This document shows, in pieces, positions 59,642-62,925 of a DNA stretch of 62,925 nt. Positions within the stretch are counted from its first letter, which is position 1. Every line of letters begins with the position of its first letter. The notes below the pieces were generated by a model. That model saw nothing but the letters and a program-made list of their open reading frames with translations, ran no database searches and was not told the origin of the DNA. This stretch comes from an uncultured Sphingobacteriales bacterium. GTDB lineage: Bacteria > Bacteroidota > Bacteroidia > CAILMK01 > CAYYUA01. Made by a program: the position numbers and the translations under genes. The stretch lies in contig CAZJWK010000002.1 in NCBI GenBank assembly GCA_964549595.1, positions 31,823 through 94,747 on the forward strand. Direction: 5' to 3'.

Positions 59642-60868
59642 ATGGAAAAACATTACCATTCCGAGTTTTATGAATTGGCAAAAGAGGCCGTGACCCACCC
59701 ACAGGAATCAATGGTGGGCATTCCGAAAGGTAATAAATCCATTAGCATTGGGGTTCCAAAGGAAATTTCATTTCAAGAGAACCGTATCGGCCTTACCCCG
59801 CAAGCGGTTAACCTTTTGGTCAACAATGGTCATGAAGTCACTATTGAAAGCAAAGCCGGGGAAGAAGCTAAATTTACTGATAATGAATATAGCGAAGCCG
59901 GCGCTACCATTGCTTACGAAACGGAAAAGGTATATGAATCCGATATCATTATAAAAGTTGCCTTTCCTACCGATTCTGAGATTGAATACATGAAGGTAGG
60001 CCAGACCTTAATCTCAGCCCTGCACCTGCCCTTATTGAAGAAGACCCAGCTAAAGCACTTAATGGATAAAAAGGTAACGGCCATTGCTTTTGAGTTTTTA
60101 AAGGATGAATTTGATTTATTTCCTGTCATTCAGTCAATGAGTGAAATTGCAGGTAGTGCTGCCATTTTAATCGGTGCCGAATACCTGACCAATTTTACCC
60201 ACGGTAAAGGGGTTATGCTGGGTGGCACCTCCGGTGTCCCTCCTTCAGAAGTAGTCATTATTGGAGCAGGAACAGTGGGCCAGAATGCAGCTCAGGCAGC
60301 CCTGGGGTTGGGTGCCCAGGTTAAGGTTTTTGACAACTCCCTTTTTAAACTCAGAAGAATGAAAAATTTCATGATGGCAAATGTTTACACCTCCATCAGC
60401 CATCCCGATATTTTAGGTGAAGCCCTCAAAGAAGCCGATGTAGCCATTGGCGCTATTCGCGGGGAAGATGGAAGGACACCTGTTGTTGTGAATGAAGAAA
60501 TGGTGGGGCAAATGAAACCGGGTTCCGTGGTGGTTGATATAAGTATTGACCAGGGTGGTTGTTTTGAAACATCCGAAGTTACCAATCATTTAGACCCGAT
60601 TTTCCTTAAATATGATGTAATCCATTACTGTGTGCCTAACGTTCCTTCTAGGGTGGCTCGAACTGCCTCTAATGCCCTGAGTAATATTTTTGCTCCGATT
60701 CTGCTTAAAATTGGTGAATTCGGGGGTATTAAAAATTATCTCTGGGAAAAGGTGGGGGTCAGGCAAGGGGTTTATATCTACAAAGGAAATTTAACCCATA
60801 AATTCCTGGGAGAACGGTTCAATTTATCTGCTAAAGAAATTGATTTACTTATTGCGGCGCACATTTGA
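59642..60868 (+). CDS. ald: alanine dehydrogenase (Bacteroidota long form)
   Basis: IGVPKE, ENR, MSEIAG, GAGTVG, D.SIDQGGCFETS, HYCVPN; TAACTTTG box at 59612-19. Confidence 0.9.
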   Translation: MEKHYHSEFYELAKEAVTHPQESMVGIPKGNKSISIGVPKEISFQENRIGLTPQAVNLLVNNGHEVTIESKAGEEAKFTDNEYSEAGATIAYETEKVYESDIIIKVAFPTDSEIEYMKVGQTLISALHLPLLKKTQLKHLMDKKVTAIAFEFLKDEFDLFPVIQSMSEIAGSAAILIGAEYLTNFTHGKGVMLGGTSGVPPSEVVIIGAGTVGQNAAQAALGLGAQVKVFDNSLFKLRRMKNFMMANVYTSISHPDILGEALKEADVAIGAIRGEDGRTPVVVNEEMVGQMKPGSVVVDISIDQGGCFETSEVTNHLDPIFLKYDVIHYCVPNVPSRVARTASNALSNIFAPILLKIGEFGGIKNYLWEKVGVRQGVYIYKGNLTHKFLGERFNLSAKEIDLLIAAHI

Positions 60869-60958
60869 TGGTATTAAATCAGTGAAGAATTGGAAACCCC
60901 TTATTAGGGTAAAAATTTGTGATCTGGTAATTTTTTAAATACGCTTTTAACCATCTTT

Positions 60959-61765
60959 ATGAGAAGGTCAAGGATAAGCCTTTTATTGATTGTGCTTTTA
61001 GCCGCATTGGTAAGGCCGGTTAAAGGACAAGACTTTAAGTGGTTGGCTAAGGGCGAGTTTAGTAACTTTTATTTGGCCCCATCCAATCAGGTTTATTTGG
61101 TCAAGCCTAATCAGGCATTGCTCAAGCATAATTTAAAGGGGGGAAAGCAATATTCGATTAACGTAAAAATGCTTGGAAGGCTGGGTTCCGTGGATGTCTT
61201 GAATCCCCTGGAAATTTTGCTCTATTATCCGGAGCCTAACGTAGCAGTGTTTACAGACAACACCCTAACCGAAAAAAAGCGCTGGAATCTGGACAATCTG
61301 GGATTTAGCCAGGCCAAACTTGCGACCAGGTCTTCGGAAACAGGCATTTGGATTTATGATGAAAGCGATGTGGATTTAAAAAGGATTGACCAGGAAGGGA
61401 AAATCATTTACGAAAGTGACCAGCTTTACCGCTATGTTAAAAAGGATATTAATCCGATTGCCCTTAAAGCACAAAGCAAACAGGTTTATTTGAATGTACC
61501 CGCCAAAGGCATTTTATTATTTGATAACTTTGGTAGTTACATCAAAACAGTACCGATAAAAGGGATTAGAACTTTTCAAGTCGCTAATGATGTTCTTTTT
61601 TACTGGAAAAAAGGTAAGGTGGGGAAGTTTAATCTGAATACCTTTGCCAGGAAAAAGGCTGATTTCTCTTTTGACCAACTGCCTGAAAAAGTCAAAAAAC
61701 TTCGTTTTTGGAAGGGGAGTTTTTATGTGTTGGATCAATCGGGGCTAAAGTTGTATAAAGATTGA
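60959..61765 (+). CDS. exported hypothetical protein, probably beta-propeller-like
   Basis: Signal peptide; repeated short beta strands (VYLV, ILLY, IWIYD, VYL, ILLFD.FG.Y). Confidence 0.7.
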   Translation: MRRSRISLLLIVLLAALVRPVKGQDFKWLAKGEFSNFYLAPSNQVYLVKPNQALLKHNLKGGKQYSINVKMLGRLGSVDVLNPLEILLYYPEPNVAVFTDNTLTEKKRWNLDNLGFSQAKLATRSSETGIWIYDESDVDLKRIDQEGKIIYESDQLYRYVKKDINPIALKAQSKQVYLNVPAKGILLFDNFGSYIKTVPIKGIRTFQVANDVLFYWKKGKVGKFNLNTFARKKADFSFDQLPEKVKKLRFWKGSFYVLDQSGLKLYKD

Positions 61766-61770
61766 ATGTT

Positions 61771-62859
61771 ATGAATTTACTGAAACGATTAGAAGACATT
61801 GTTAACCGAAGGAAAGAGGTTGAAAAAGAATTGTCCGACCACGAAGTCGTTAATGACATCGAAAGGTTTACCAAACTCAATAAGGAATACAGTGAATTAG
61901 AGCCCTTATACGAAATTTATTTCCAATACAAGGACTTGCTTGACAATATAGAAAACAATAAGCAAATCCTGGACAACGATAAGGATGAAGAACTCCGAGA
62001 AATGGCCAAAGAGGAATTGGAAAAATTAGCCCAGGAAAAGGAGCCGATGGAGGAAAAAATAAAACAAATGCTGGTACCTAAGGATCCTGAGGACGAAAAG
62101 AATGCCATTGTGGAAATCAGGGCTGGTTCAGGGGGTGATGAAGCCGCTATATTTGCCGGGGATCTTTACCGGATGTACGATAAGTATTGTGAACGCCAGG
62201 GTTGGAAAATAGAGGTGATGAATGCTACGGAAGGGGCTACGGGTGGTTTTAAAGAGGTGATTTTTAGTGTCAACGGCAATCATGTTTATGGTACCTTGAA
62301 ATATGAGTCCGGTGTTCATCGCGTCCAGAGGGTTCCTGAAACAGAATCTCAGGGGCGTGTGCACACTTCTGCGGCTTCGGTTGCGGTGCTACCGGAAGTT
62401 GAAGAGGTAGATGTGGACATTAATGAAAGTGATGTCAAAAGGGATGTCTTTTGTGCTTCCGGACCTGGTGGCCAATCCGTGAACACCACTTATTCTGCCA
62501 TCCGTTTGACGCACGAACCAACCGGAATTGTGGCCACCTGCCAGGACGAAAAATCCCAATGGAAAAACCATGAAAAGGCAATGAAGGTGTTGCGCTCCCG
62601 TATTTACGAGATTGAAAAGGCGAAGCAACAAGAAGAAATCGATTCCAAACGTAAAAGCATGGTGTCCACAGGGGATCGCTCAGCAAAAATACGTACCTAC
62701 AATTTTCCGCAGAGCCGGGTGACTGATCACCGTATTAATTTAACTGTTCACAATCTTCAGCAGATAATGGACGGGGAAATTGACGAATTAATAGAAGGGC
62801 TAAAGGTCGCTGAAAATGCGGAAAAGCTCAAAGAAGGGGAAATGGAGCAAGAATCATGA
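61771..62859 (+). CDS. prfA: peptide chain release factor 1
   Basis: [14 protein letters not shown] (PxT), [22 protein letters not shown]. Confidence 0.97.
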   Translation: MNLLKRLEDIVNRRKEVEKELSDHEVVNDIERFTKLNKEYSELEPLYEIYFQYKDLLDNIENNKQILDNDKDEELREMAKEELEKLAQEKEPMEEKIKQMLVPKDPEDEKNAIVEIRAGSGGDEAAIFAGDLYRMYDKYCERQGWKIEVMNATEGATGGFKEVIFSVNGNHVYGTLKYESGVHRVQRVPETESQGRVHTSAASVAVLPEVEEVDVDINESDVKRDVFCASGPGGQSVNTTYSAIRLTHEPTGIVATCQDEKSQWKNHEKAMKVLRSRIYEIEKAKQQEEIDSKRKSMVSTGDRSAKIRTYNFPQSRVTDHRINLTVHNLQQIMDGEIDELIEGLKVAENAEKLKEGEMEQES

Positions 62860-62864
62860 AGGTT

Positions 62865-62925
62865 TTGGCTATTGGCAATTAGCTTTTGGCCATTAGCAAT
62901 GGGTTGTTAACCATTGGCTATTAGC
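62865..62925. repeat. degenerate 7-nt tandem array (runs off window)
   Basis: TTGGCTA TTGGCAA TTAGCTT TTGGCCA TTAGCAA TGGGTTG TTAACCA TTGGCTA TTAGC. Confidence 0.85.

Overview
Core-genome window from a Bacteroidota (Bacteroidetes) bacterium. The phylum call rests on TAnnTTTG -7 promoters, an apparent lack of Shine-Dalgarno sites, the lpxC-fabZ fusion, porX/porW type IX secretion genes, the phylum-typical AtpA insertion, and an atpBEFHAG operon without atpDC. It holds about 50 CDS: carA 3' end, a frameshifted enolase, ftsB, pabB, a 1676-aa C25/T9SS protease, sucAB-lpdA, aroAC, gap, a TonB receptor with a DUF4249 lipoprotein, dsbD, gmhA, Omp28/DUF6029/TlpA, radC, rpsT, hmgA-hppD, PBP1A, porW, M23-bactofilin-atp, lpxD/C-fabZ/A, porX-tsaE-ald and prfA. 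It also has one tRNA-Glu(TTC). I found no CRISPR array, transposase, integrase or phage gene. The best leads are: (1) a candidate trans-envelope disulfide relay (DsbD with a duplicated N-domain, TlpA, a DUF6029 beta-barrel whose only two Cys form a C-X4-C pair, and a CxxC Omp28 lipoprotein); (2) an unannotated 6S-like ncRNA at about 14646-14745; (3) an enolase with an inferred 7-nt deletion plus substitutions at conserved sites; (4) integration-scar-like repeats after tRNA-Glu; (5) a strict 7-nt-period degenerate repeat array after prfA; (6) hairpins inside the atp operon. All family names come from motif recognition, not database searches.
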